Shown here one piece after another: positions 51,071 through 62,913 of a stretch of DNA of 64,000 nucleotides. The translations under genes and the position numbers were made by a program. Source of the stretch: Schmidtea polychroa (lineage: Eukaryota); the NCBI GenBank assembly GCA_044892525.1, contig CM097885.1, forward strand, positions 253,084,001 to 253,148,000, read 5' to 3'. The notes beneath the pieces are model-generated. The model ran no database searches. It had not been told where the DNA came from and worked only from the letters and a program-made list of their open reading frames with translations. Each line of letters starts with the position of its first letter. Position 1 is the first letter of the stretch.

Positions 51071-52789
51071 AAATTAAATACGTAATGCCTGACGTTTTAT
51101 TGGTAATTATAGGTTTATTTTTAGCTGTCTAATCGCTGGACTTTCGTTATCTTTTATGATGTTATTCTCTTTGGTATAAGGGGAAGCTAACATAGAAACC
51201 AACTATTAAATAAGTTGACATCACGACGAAATAGTAGAAATACTCACACGAAAACGATTACATCTAGAATCTAAGCATCTACAACTATTTGGTGAGTGAG
51301 TTTTCTCAAAATTATGGCATCATCGGTCTATTCTCCAGTCTCTGGGAATAACCTTGGTCTCTGTTATATTAAATAAATTAAACAAAAAAATTAAATAAAA
51401 TCATTTCTCTATCGTCTAAAACTAAATGAAGATAAATCATTTTACTAATAGAATTTTTATGTGACAATATATTTTAATATAATTAGTAAAATAAATAATT
51501 AAATGAATTTCACTTTTTTTGGCCTACAACACTAAAATCTGAATGTAAAAAAATTTAAGATTAATTGGTTTGATCCATTCTTTGTGTTTGTTTGAAGGGA
51601 CTCCCTGAATTAATAATTTCGATTTTAGTGAATGTTTATATAATGGAATTGCTTATTCGATTCGAAACAAATTATTTTGTAGTTTATTCTAATTTCTAAT
51701 GATACCAATAATTATATATATATATATATATGAAGTAAAATTTGCTTGATTTGTTATAGTAATTTATTTTAATCTTAGGTAATGTTATTCAATGTCAAGT
51801 GAGATAATACTGACTATTACCTAGTGCGTGTTACAAGTAAGCTTTATATTTATGATTATGTAATAGTATAAAAATAAATAGTTATATTTTTAAAGTTATC
51901 AAGCAAATAAATTTTAATTTCTATTTTAATATATCGAAGCTTTTATTATAACGTTAATACTGCAGAATTATTTTATAAAATGTGATTTGATGAACTTTGG
52001 TATTTTACAAAACTGCATAAAACAATTTTTAACCTTGATCTGTAATTGCTATTAAGGAATTTACGTTTATTATGTTCATATATTATTTACGAGGCCTCAT
52101 ATGGAACGGCAGTAAACTAAAATGAACATTAACATTTAGATAGTCAAGTTTATATGCGGAAAATAATTGCCACAGGTTCGAGTGTATTTGAAACATATAA
52201 ACAGCTAAATATTGAAAATATACAAAATTATTCTAGTATTTTATTAGTATTAATATAAAATGAGATTGTGCAATCATCTTTTTTCACATTAGAATTCCTT
52301 TTCATTTGTTTCCTTTTGCCTCCATCCAAAAAGGGACCACCACAAGGCCGTGCGATACGTCAATTCAATTTTCTCCAAGTACCATTATCCCTAAAGTTAT
52401 TTTTATCTTTATCAGAAGAGATTTAGCTTATGAGTAGCAATCAATTGGTTATTCAGCTTCCCACCCTCCCTTTCCATCATGCATTCTGCCAACTTTCCAG
52501 TTCTTCTAACAGAGACATTTATATTTCATATCAACTTTCCCAATAGGAAAAAACTTTGCATTTTCAAACTAATTGAATTCCACAAGCGCTACAGCGAGTT
52601 GCGTTAAATAAAGTTTTGTAGGCTATGGCGGAGAATAAGAATACTGATTTTGAAAATAAATAAATAATATAATATAATATAAGTATCTTGTGATTAAACT
52701 AAAATATAAAATAAGATAAATGTTCAGTGATTTTTTAAGACAGAAAAGCTAGACATTAATTTGGAATATACAAATGGCCAAATGATCAA

Positions 52790-53260
52790 TTATTGTATTA
52801 AAGAAATAATCAAAACCAATCCTTTTTCTAGCCATCTATTCATCAAGATAACTTGGCAGTAGTGCTTCGCTTGTTCCATACATATATTTGAACTATTTTT
52901 TTGTAGAACTCCAACAAACTTCAACATTGTTGGTATGAAATCCAGTTATTGGATTTTTATAATGTAAAGAATGATTAACATATTGGTGATCATATGGTCC
53001 CAAAGCAGCAAGCGGTGGAGGTTGAGTATTCATCAGTCCAAATTCTTGTATTAGGTTTAATTATTCGTCTTATGATAGGAAAAAGTGTGTTTCTTTTTCT
53101 GTTGCTTACCAATTACCAATGACAAAATTTAGTGTTCATATATATCGAAAATATCGAAAGCCCATTTTTTTCTTCCTGAATTTCGAGTTGGATTCCCCCG
53201 GTTTGATTTCAATTTCATAAACTTTTTCTCGTCTATCTGACAAGTTACACCTCCACCGAA
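52790..53260 (-). mobile_element. Merlin/IS1595-like transposase remnant
   Basis: TLFPIIRRIIKPNTRIWTDEY..HQYVNHSLHYKNPITGFHTNNVES..YLDE. Confidence 0.8.
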
Positions 53261-53390
53261 TTCAGAAAAATTTGAACACACATGATTAAAATAGCAAAAC
53301 CATTGTATAACCTTTGTCTAATTTTGTTTTTACAACAGTTGTTTTTATAGTTGATTCTCAACTCCTGGTGGGTTACTGGTGGTTGAATAT

Positions 53391-53513
53391 TTAAGTGCTG
53401 TTACCAGCGTAACCCAGAATACAACGTTGTTTTCCTCCTGGTACCCGTTGAGCAATCAACGTTGGTACTGTACCAAGGGGTTGAGTACTCGCAAAAAGTG
53501 AGCGCGTCAAGCA
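53391..53513 (-). other. Z block of the unknown cassette (40-codon open frame after an AG)
   Basis: CLTRSLFASTQPLGTVPTLIAQRVPGGKQRCILGYAGNST*; differences from the two other copies fall largely at third codon positions. Confidence 0.6.
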
Positions 53514-53701
53514 CTGTAATTGTCGAGCACTCTATGGGTTCACGGACGCCGATAGAAGGCACGTGTCCGATTTGTTTCGGTCCCTCATCGAGATTGTTTT
53601 TCCCCAAACGCCTTTCTACCCATCCTCTTGTCTTAAACAACCGCAAAGTTCAATCACATACTCGTTAAACAACAAGAATTATTTATTAAACCACTACTAT
53701 A

Positions 53702-54187
53702 TTACAAAGTTTGTTTACCCAGGAGGGTCGCACTCTCGAACGTCTCTCGGGGTCGTGGATTGGCTTCAGTCTCTTTCAACTTCTCCTGCTCGGCCAGCCA
53801 GGCCCTTTTCAATTTGTCGCGGGTATTCCGCCCGAGCCGTTTACGTTTCGGCTTGCTTGTCTGGGCTGGTGGGTATATTTTGGCTAACTCCACCGGAAGA
53901 GGCCGAATCTGCTCTTGGAGGGCGTCCTGGATGAGTTTTTCATTCAATTTGCTCTCGAGCGAGCGTACTCGTAGCTTCAACGCTCGAATCTCGAGTTGGT
54001 CTTGCTCCGCCTGGGTCTGGAGTTGCGAGATGTGGGTCGTCTGTTTCTTCATCTCGGCTGGACTGAACCAAGTACCTTGGAGTTCTCGATACTTCAGCTT
54101 GAGTTTTTCGACCCGACCTCGGAGACCTTCGGATTGTTGCTGGGCCTGTTCACGGTCCTTTCGTAGATTTTCAAGTAACTGGTACAC
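53702..54187 (-). CDS. Unknown coiled-coil protein Y with NLS-like PKRKRL
   Basis: 161-codon open frame with heptad-like E/Q/K/L pattern; paralog of 42646-43002; begins at acceptor ttctccttcag|TG; AATAAA 15 nt after the stop. Confidence 0.65.
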   Translation of the reverse strand: MYQLLENLRKDREQAQQQSEGLRGRVEKLKLKYRELQGTWFSPAEMKKQTTHISQLQTQAEQDQLEIRALKLRVRSLESKLNEKLIQDALQEQIRPLPVELAKIYPPAQTSKPKRKRLGRNTRDKLKRAWLAEQEKLKETEANPRPRETFESATLLGKQTL

Positions 54188-54501
54188 TGAAGGAGAATAA
54201 TAATAAATTCCATCGCTCGCAACCAGGTGCGCAAAGTTGATTAGAGTACGTGCATGAAATTAATAAGTGGGTGATGAGAAAAGCGTCACCTCAATCATGG
54301 ATACACCTCATTAGCTATAAAGTCCAAAATGTAATAGCAAAAAAAATGATTTAGTGCACTACTGAGATACACGATAGACTATATTGTCAAGATTTATTGA
54401 ACAAAAAAAAAAAAAAACAATTCGTTATGCTACTACAAGGTAAAATATCACTGGATGAAATCAGTCAAAATCATTCCATTCAAGCCGCGATTGTCGATGA
54501 G

Positions 54502-54867
54502 TTAGGCCAGGTTCTTGCTGGGCCTTCCCCGTTTTCGTGGAGGGGTGTCGGTCTCCTCCAGCTCTTTGATAGTTACCCCCAGTGTTTCGGCTTTGAGTTG
54601 GAGCTCGAGTCTCCTCAGCCGTTTTTGGGCCTCCACCACCTCATCGGCCGCTCGATCGCGGGCTTCCCGGAGCACGTTGTTGGTGGGCTCTACTTTCACC
54701 CACGCCGGGGCATCGGGCTCTGGGCCGTTTCGGATAACCCGATTGGAGCAGTCCAGGTCCCGTCCCTGGCTCCACCTGTGAATATGACCCCATATATACC
54801 GGGTCCGGAGCCGCGTTACCATCTGGTCGTAATCTTCATCACCGTTGGATTCGTCAGAGTAAGACAT
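54502..54867 (-). CDS. Unknown ORF X with C-terminal AT-hook-like motif (PRKRGRPSK)
   Basis: tag-a-ATG-TCT start; TRLRTRYIW motif; short coiled coil; AATAAA at 54393-54398. Confidence 0.6.
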   Translation of the reverse strand: MSYSDESNGDEDYDQMVTRLRTRYIWGHIHRWSQGRDLDCSNRVIRNGPEPDAPAWVKVEPTNNVLREARDRAADEVVEAQKRLRRLELQLKAETLGVTIKELEETDTPPRKRGRPSKNLA

Positions 54868-55289
54868 TCTATAATACAAATCTACGTTAGGTCATTTGGC
54901 ACCGACTGAGGTGAGTCACAAGATTTATATTAGCTACCCTTCCCACACGCTAATTCGCCTGCCCTGGTTCTGTATAGTGGGTTCAGCCTCAATCGATGGA
55001 AACGAAGATAGATGGGCGGAAGTAGTGGGTGATATTAAGATATCACTAGCATTTAACTTATCAAACGCAAATGATCTAATTTGAACAGATGTCTCAATGT
55101 ACGAAATCCCCCACATAATAACCAGGTCGCAAAACAAAACATCGGACCACGGAGTTCGTCATTAGAGCCTTGCATTCAAAGCTAATCGTCTTGATATATG
55201 AAGGCATTTAACGGAGTGGTTCGACTGGAAAATTCACTGCCGTTACTACTCAGATTTCTGAACGTATTTCCAATTTAACAGCCTAACAT

Positions 55290-55412
55290 ATTAATTTGGT
55301 AAAATTTACTCTTTAATTAAGTATTTTCTGAAATTACCTAATAGTTGACTGATTAATTTGGTAAACTTTGCACTTAATTAAATACATTCTGAAGTTGCTC
55401 AATAATTGACTT
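55290..55412. repeat. Two diverged tandem copies of an approximately 62-bp unit
   Basis: attaatttggtaaa..ttaattaa..ttctgaa..aata..tgact, twice. Confidence 0.75.
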
Positions 55413-55499
55413 TGTTTAAATTAATCATTTTAATTCAGGATCATGTTTACTTTCAGCCGACGACTCAAGACTTAATATGCGAATTTTTATAATTTTTTG

Positions 55500-57900
55500 C
55501 CTTTAAATCAGACATTATGGTCAATACCACTTAATTCGGGCACATCGGGGCGATTGGTATTAGAGGCGAGCTTAGTTTCTCGTTTGCTTACCTCTCCCTC
55601 GGTTGTGTTCGTCATGAGTGGTATAATCTCCTAGTTTGGAAGTAATTTATGTACTAACTAATAAATTTTCATGTTCAGGTACATTCAGTGGGGATTCTTT
55701 TTCGAACGACGATGGACGATTCTAACTTGGAGATGTTGTCCTACGACTTATTACTAGAAATTCTGCTCGGTGGCATACAACAAGTACACATTTAAAATTT
55801 GCTAATAATAAAGTTAAATATTTCTTTTACTAATGCTTCTATGTTTTGTGTACAGTATACATTAATAATTTATAAAGTTGTTCTTTCACATAGTTCAGTA
55901 ATCGCACTATTAGTCTCTATGCTTTTCAGGTGGTTCCATTTACCTCGATTGATCATCTCAAGTTGTCAAGGCAAGTCTTATCTAGCTCCTAGTTTCTGGG
56001 GAAGCTAAGTTACCTGCTATGTTCCCGTCCATTGATAACCTGGTATTAAATTAAATGGGTATGTACATGTGGGTATCTATATACATCTGCACGTATTTCT
56101 ATTCAAAGTCAATAACCCTAACCTTTTCTCTGGGGGGGGCTGTTACTAAAAATAGATCTCCTTAATTTTCGCTAATTTTATTGGAGGATAGGGTCCTTGA
56201 ATCTAAATTTAGAGATAGGGGAATTCCAAAATTAATACTTTTGTTTAGAGTTTCATGTTTATAAAATGACGATAATTATTTTAACAATATATGAATAATA
56301 ATAATGAAATAGTACTAATAATAAGGACGCTAATGTTAATAAGAATACTACTACTACCACCATTAATGTTAATATTAAGAATAATAATAATAATAATGTT
56401 GAATTTATATCCCTATAAGGCTATCACCGACATGAGGGGGGGGGTCATTCTAAAAAAAAATTATAATTGGTATTTTTAGATATAATCCAAGTTAGGAGTA
56501 TATTAAAGTAAGTTAAATTTTTATATTGTTGCAAATTATATTGTAAATTTGTGGTTTACATTTTAGGAGTCTAAGTTCACAATTCTTATTTCAGGATCAA
56601 TTCCGATTTATATTTCTTCAAATAATTTTTTTTTATACAATATATATAGTTGCAATTTATAATATAATTTGGAATTTATGTACTTTATATATAATTTGTA
56701 GTTCAGGATTAGAGTTTATTTTTACTCTAGATAGATATATAATCTCTGACCTAGCCAATATATACTTTATAATTTAGTGATTTGGAAATACATTTAATTT
56801 ATATTTTATCAATAATTCATGGATATAATTTGACCAATCTGTACTTTGTAGGTTAAGGATTAGGGTACATTATGATTTATATTTTATATATAAGTTATAG
56901 TTGCAATTTATAGTTCAACTAATACACACCTTATAGTTTAGTGAGTAGAATATACTTTATATTTTATAGGTAATTTATAGATATAATTTAACTGATAGTT
57001 TAATGATCAGAATACACTATGATTGATAGTTACAATTTATAGTTCCATTAATATATATCTTACAGTTTGATGATTGAAATATACTTTATACTTTATAGAT
57101 AGTTTATAGTTATAACTTAACTAATAGTTTGATGGTTAGGGTACATTAGGATTTATATTTTACATATAATTTGTAGTTACAATTTATGGTTTCATTAATA
57201 TATGTCTTATAGTTTAATGAGTCGAATATACTTTATATTTTATAGGTAAATTATAGTTGTAATTTAACTAATAGTTTAATGATCAGAGCACATTATGATT
57301 TAAATTTTTTATATGATTTAATTGGTAATATTAATTTCGACTTGAATAGATATGGATAATACAAAGTTTTATTTTATCAATCGAAAAGGTTGTATAATTG
57401 ATAATATTATATTTTTTCCAAAATAATAATACCTCATGGATACCAGTTTATAAGTAATAGTGAGAGGGGTTAGCTATTTCCACAACATGACCTTTGATTG
57501 AGCTGACGTTTTAACTATGAGGTAAAAAGATATAGGTCAATTGTTGAGGAGGTTATAATTAATTGAATCTGTCCCATCATTCACGCCTGCCGAACCTCTA
57601 GATAGTATTATCATAATTGGATCTAAGAAAATCCTTACGTCTTTACAACAATTTTATTTACTAACGATGTTCAGCAAACGTGTATTTGAAGCTGGTTCCT
57701 AGGAATGTTCAACCGACTACATATGTTTAATTTGGGTCTGAGATCTACTCAATTATGATCCTAGTGTGAAGTAGTGTGTGAAATTTTTAATGTTGATTTT
57801 AAATGTGTACTGCATTGGAACTCGGGAAGAACGCTTGCTTACACGGCCCTACTGTGACCGCTACGACAAGCCCTATTGTAATGTTGAGTCGAAACATCAC
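55500..57900 (+). mobile_element. BEL/Pao-like integrase 3' remnant, PPT and long LTR
   Basis: AHRGDW resembles APHWGG.W; LGDVVL..NSARW; G8 tract 56132-56139 then TGTTAC at 56141; right LTR end not fixed. Confidence 0.5.
56630..57320. repeat. Diverged minisatellite, approximately 130-145 bp unit, inside the putative LTR
   Basis: Repeated tagttrcaatttatrgtt..aatatactttatattttatagg..tagtttaatgatcag at about 56895, 57027 and 57172, plus older copies. Confidence 0.75.
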
Positions 57901-59659
57901 TGTCGACCGATAAATAAATATATGGAGCCATAGCGGAGGGGTTTTATCGACACAACTCCATGGTAGAACCATGAAGTGGCCGACCTCCGATGACCGAACG
58001 AAAAAAAAAATATATATATAAAATATATTGCCTGTCTGCCTGTGAAATTGTTAGTTAAAAATTAATATTAAATGCAGGACTAACCAGCGACGCACTAAGA
58101 CGTCGCTGATCAGTCAAAAAGGTAAAAACAAGTTAGGTAGAGGATTAAAATCGATTAAAATCATTAAAATAATTTACATTCAAAACATAAAATACCAATA
58201 TCAATGATGAAAATGATAAACATAAGAAAGGAAAACTACTTACTGTTAGTTTTCTGGACAAAATTTCGTTCAAGAAAATATTGGCATAAAAAGTGATTGA
58301 TTGTGACTGAAACGTGTCAGTATATATACCTATTTTGTACACGTGTATGTATTGATGCATTAAAACAAACTCGAATTCTTTTTATTCCAGAATTTTCTAT
58401 TTCGCGATTTTGATATTTTTAATGGCAATTTTTGTGCCATAATTTTTGTTTTTATTTCTAAAGTTCACATTTTTAATTATTTTTCATTAATTTTACGTCC
58501 ATGATGGATTTGGAACGGTTCCAGAACATTCTATATTACTTTTAATTTAATTTTTTATTTTAATTGATGTTTTATGAATTTCTTTTTAAGAATTTTTATT
58601 TTTATTACTAATCTATTTATTTTTAGCTTTTATGATGGTCATCGCCATTTTTATGGAATGTTCTGGGTTTTTTCTGGAATCTTTTACTGTTTTTACGATC
58701 TTTTAAGTTATTCGAGTTTGTTTTTTATAACTCTATGTTTATTCGGTTATTTTTGAGTTAGATTTTGCATAACTTCTTGCTCTTGTATAATTTTATTTAA
58801 TTTTTGTGTTTATGCTTTTGTTGTTTTCTCCTTTAATTAATATTGTTTATTTGGTGTATTCTTACTATTTAACTATACTTGGTGCTTTTTTACTTGCTGC
58901 GTACCTACACATTTCAGTCACACTTAGTATTTTGGGTCTAAAATCAGTTCTAGCCCAACACTCCATTCAGTTAATTAAACGCAATTTTAGCTAATTCAAA
59001 AAAGCAACCTACTGCTACACCTCTTCCAAATGTGTGTTTTGAATTTTCTTTTTGAGAACGTCAAATCCATTTAAAGGAATTCAAAGATTCAGGTGTTCTG
59101 GTAAGTTTGGCTTCTTTCTCACATATTTCGCATAATAGCCGTTCTCTTATTAACCTGTGTTCAATAAACCATAAAATTGTTTTCATAAAATCATTTATTA
59201 TTCCTGAAAGTCCTAAAAAATCCATAGTTCCAATAAAAGATTTATATTATATATTACATTATTTATTTTCAAAATCATTACTCTTATTCTCCACCATAGC
59301 CGTTTTATATTAATATTTTATCCATTAACCTCTATGGTAGTGAGTTTTGGTATGATGTACATACTTATACGGAGTGAGTTATTTTAATATAAAAATTTAA
59401 AATAAAAAGTATTACATTTGACGACTTCCGACACAATAATCGGGTAAAAAAAAATTAAAACTTACTACTTTTCAAAGTTTTTATTGAAAAATCGTATTAT
59501 TATTTCAGGTGTTTTCAACTATAGGTTGCGGTGTCAAAATATTCGTACCCTAGTTAAAAAATCTTCACTTCACTAAAAGTAATTGAAAACTTACAAAACA
59601 ATTAAAAACACATATAAACACACAAATGAAACAAAAAACATGACTAATAATGTTTTTTA

Positions 59660-59760
59660 GTCTTTGAAACATGGATGTATACACAAAGCGACGTTGCACA
59701 CTTCACACATGAATTTTGTGTCTTCGACATTTTGGTTTTATGTATGACAGTTGTATGTTT
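59660..59760 (-). mobile_element. piggyBac C-terminal cysteine-rich domain remnant
   Basis: TKFMCEVCNVALCIHPCFKD. Confidence 0.7.
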
Positions 59761-60409
59761 TTAAAATATTATGGAGGAAAGCTGATAGATGCCATTGGTT
59801 TATCCATTTCTGACGTTTACTTACGATTAAGGTCTGTATGACCACAGCCGTACGGGTAAGGCCATACTAACTTAGAGGTTAAATAAAAATTATTAAAATT
59901 GTAACAAAAATTGTTTTTATTAAATTACAGCAAATTTCAAGTTGTATGCGGTGCCGAAAATAATAATAAATAAAATAATATTGATAATAATAATGCCAAA
60001 ATTTTCATATCGATGTTACTTATTTTATTTCGGACTCGATAGGCAAGATTTTTAGCAAAAATTGAGTTAAATTGCTTTAATAACAATATAACAATATTTA
60101 ATTTGGTAAATTTTAATTTTCAACCATTTTGGCATTATTTATGCATTAATTATTCTTTTTTTATATTTTATTCCATTGTCTGTGATTCTGTCCCCATCAA
60201 TTCCCATGTCTGACGAAGCTTCCCGTTTTCGATCTGGCTTACATTTGGGCATGAGCCCATATTCAAATGTAAATTGAGTTCTTTCGATATTGACATTAAC
60301 GATCAACCTAACATTTTCTTCAACTGTTTCCAAGAAGTTCTCAATTGCCGAATTCAATTTCACTGTTTGCTCCAATGTTACTTCCATATTATGCAGCTTT
60401 TGGGTTCTA

Positions 60410-60646
60410 GGACAAAATGTCACGGACAAAATGTCACGGACAAAATGTCACGGACAAAATGTCACGGACAAAATGTCGTGGACAAAATGTTATGTGGACA
60501 AAATGTCGTGGACAAAATAGACATACTCAGAGTTTATCCGACAATATATTTTGTCCCCTATGGGTATTGGTCACAAAGGTACTGATCACACTCAACATGT
60601 CGCAATGGTATATTATCAACAACATTTATACCATGACATTTTGTCC
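60410..60646. repeat. Eight tandem 14-16 bp ggacaaaatgtc-xx units plus one inverted copy (60635-60646)
   Basis: Direct reading of the sequence; resembles TE subterminal repeats. Confidence 0.9.
60522..60605. mobile_element. Truncated, diverged copy of the 62476-62647 foldback element
   Basis: gagtttatccgacaatatattttgtcccctatgggtattg..gtactgatcacactcaacatgtcgcaa matches one arm plus the loop in reverse orientation. Confidence 0.8.
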
Positions 60647-61149
60647 GGCCACTGCTTTTTGTATTCATTCCGTGAATATTTACTCAATAGTATAATTTTA
60701 GTCATTTTGATGTCCTTAATCAATTGATTTGATACCCATTAGTAAACCTTGTGTATGTTCTTTACATCTTCTACAGCCGAATATACTCCCACTTGTGTAT
60801 CCTCGACGCATAATTTTACAGTTTTCGATTTGAACCAATCTTCTCTATTGATTATACTCATTGAATTTTTCACAGAATTTTTTACAGGCACTCTTACTGC
60901 AGCTAAATCTTCAATACCATATAATTGATCAGTCCAAATTTATATCTTAGTTTTGGGCTTTTTAACAATAAAAACATTCGAAAAATAAATCTACAATTAC
61001 TTCAAACAAAGCCACAAGGAAAATCAATCAAAATTACAGAAGAATAATAAAAGACAAAAACTCAACTACTCACACCCGGGAATAAAATAAAGCTGGTAAA
61101 TTGTTTTTGAAGTTCATCTGCACTGCCGATGATTATCTTGAAGTTTATA

Positions 61150-61304
61150 TTTTACTAAATTTTTGATTTTTGCTGAATTTGTCTCCCACACTAGTAGACC
61201 TTCATTTTCAAGGTTTGTATTTTCGTCTTTGAATCTTTAAGCCATCTCTGCACTGTAAATTCTTCATAAACATTATTTTTGAAAGCTTTATTGATGTTTA
61301 TGGT
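61150..61304 (-). mobile_element. mariner N-terminal remnant interrupted by the hAT
   Basis: NINKAFKNNVYEEFTVQRWL.RFKDENTNLENE; the upstream part appears to continue beyond 62093. Confidence 0.55.
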
Positions 61305-62085
61305 CAGTGCCGGATTTAACATTTAGGGAGTGCTGTGCGGCTGTGCCAAAAAATAATCTGAATAAATGTATAATGAACAAAGAAATGAGTAAACTATTTT
61401 TTAGAATGATTGATCAATGATCACTGATAAAATAAATTAACTAAAAAATGAATTATTTATTAAACTCAATCGCTTCTTCGGTCTTTTTGGGTGTTACTGT
61501 TAGTTATAACGTCTCCATCACAATGACCATATTTATTTATTAGATGTTAATTTTTCGACGCTTTACTAAAATGAAATCATTGATAACGTCATCAAAATCA
61601 ATTTTTTGTAAGAGTTCACTTTTATTTTTGAAGATATAAATTGGTTTTATTAATGTTCTGAATAAAATCGTTCCACATTTCAATTAGAAACACCTTTTCA
61701 AAAAATGACAAATGTCTGAAAATATCATTTGCTTCTCGTCGTGTTTCTAGTTTTTGATCATCACCTGCAAGACATGTTAAAGCTTCTATTATATTGTTGT
61801 ATCCATCGGAAAAAAGCTTTAATTGCATCTGGTCTATCTGACCATATAGTTTGGGAGGGAGATTTTAAAAGTAAATTTTAGGATCTCAAACAACGTTTCA
61901 TAACTGCCCATCTAGATGTAAATGCACTTAGGAAATTTGATAATTTCTGCAAAAAGCCAAAAAAATTAACAGTGTCGACACAACATTCAACAGTTAAAGT
62001 TCCAACTAAATTTAGGATTTTTTTACATTTTCGGGGTCAGGTCCTGTGCCACGGCACAGTTAACACAATGGATAATCTGGCCCTG
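61305..62085 (-). mobile_element. Internally deleted hAT element with 8-bp TSD
   Basis: TIR CAGTGCCGGATT / AATCTGGCCCTG; TSD tttatggt (61297-61304, 62086-62093); ORF NIIEALTCLA..RREA..LSFFEKVFLIEMWNDF..IN..LQK. Confidence 0.9.
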
Positions 62086-62294
62086 TTTATGGTTTTATTT
62101 CACAAAGAAAAATTAAATTTATTAAAGTTTATTTACTTTAATTGAATTTCTTAATTACTGCCTTTTTCATATGTTGTGTTATGTTGTGCAGAAAATTTGT
62201 GTTAAATAGAAAAAAAACATTGATATATAGTCGAAAACTTAATGAATGTAAGAGTATTTAAAATAATTTGTAATTTCATCAATGTAATTAATTG

Positions 62295-62321
<27 letters not shown>

Positions 62322-62325
<4 letters not shown>

Positions 62326-62856
62326 ACGGTGAAAGTAGATATTGTGGCAAATGTACACATTTTCCGGTAAATGTGCACATTAGCCTCCTCATTTGGGTAA
62401 TGTGCATTAAACTAACATTTACAATTTCAAATAAGGGAAATGTACATTGAATTATCGGTTCTTGTTTGATATATCAATAAAGACCATATACTCCGAGTTT
62501 ATCCGACAATATATTCTGTCCCCCTATGGGTATTGCTAGCAAGGGTACATGTTGCGACATGTTGAATGTGACCAGTACTCTTGCTAGCAATACCCATAGG
62601 GGGACAGAATATATTGTCGGATAAACTCGGAGTATATGGTCTTTATTGATATATCAAAATACTCTTATTTATAAATTAACTAAAACATTGGATATTTATA
62701 TATTTAATTTTAATTTAATTGTAATTTTAAGTGGGGGAAATATCAAACAAGAACATACATATACATTATATTCAGTTCACTTATACCTAACTTTTTGGGA
62801 AATGTACACATTTTTCGGTAAAAGTGTACATTTCCCAAGATTGTACATTTACCGTA

Positions 62857-62859
<3 letters not shown>
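62322..62859. mobile_element. 538-bp TGT..ACA element (Ginger-like or short solo LTR) inserted in a TA microsatellite
   Basis: TGTTACGGT / ACCGTAACA termini; internal atgtacacatttt repeats; flanked by (TA)n and (CA)n(TA)n. Confidence 0.65.
62476..62647. mobile_element. Foldback MITE, 73-bp arms with one mismatch and a 26-nt loop
   Basis: Arms 62476-62548 and 62575-62647; gatatatc on both flanks (possible TSD, ambiguous because it is palindromic). Confidence 0.9.

Positions 62860-62913
<54 letters not shown>

Noticed and set aside
53563-54909. Plus-strand ORFs overlapping X and Y, and similar ones at 42545-42947 and 33630-33974
   Set aside because: Antisense shadows of GC-richer minus-strand ORFs; conservation between copies is in the minus-strand frames.
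57850-57920. Possible third hammerhead (gtcgaaac..tc..aataaa)
   Set aside because: No CUGANGA core at a usable distance.
60410-60518. Possible CRISPR-like array
   Set aside because: Units are adjacent with no unique spacers, the context is eukaryotic and there are no cas genes.
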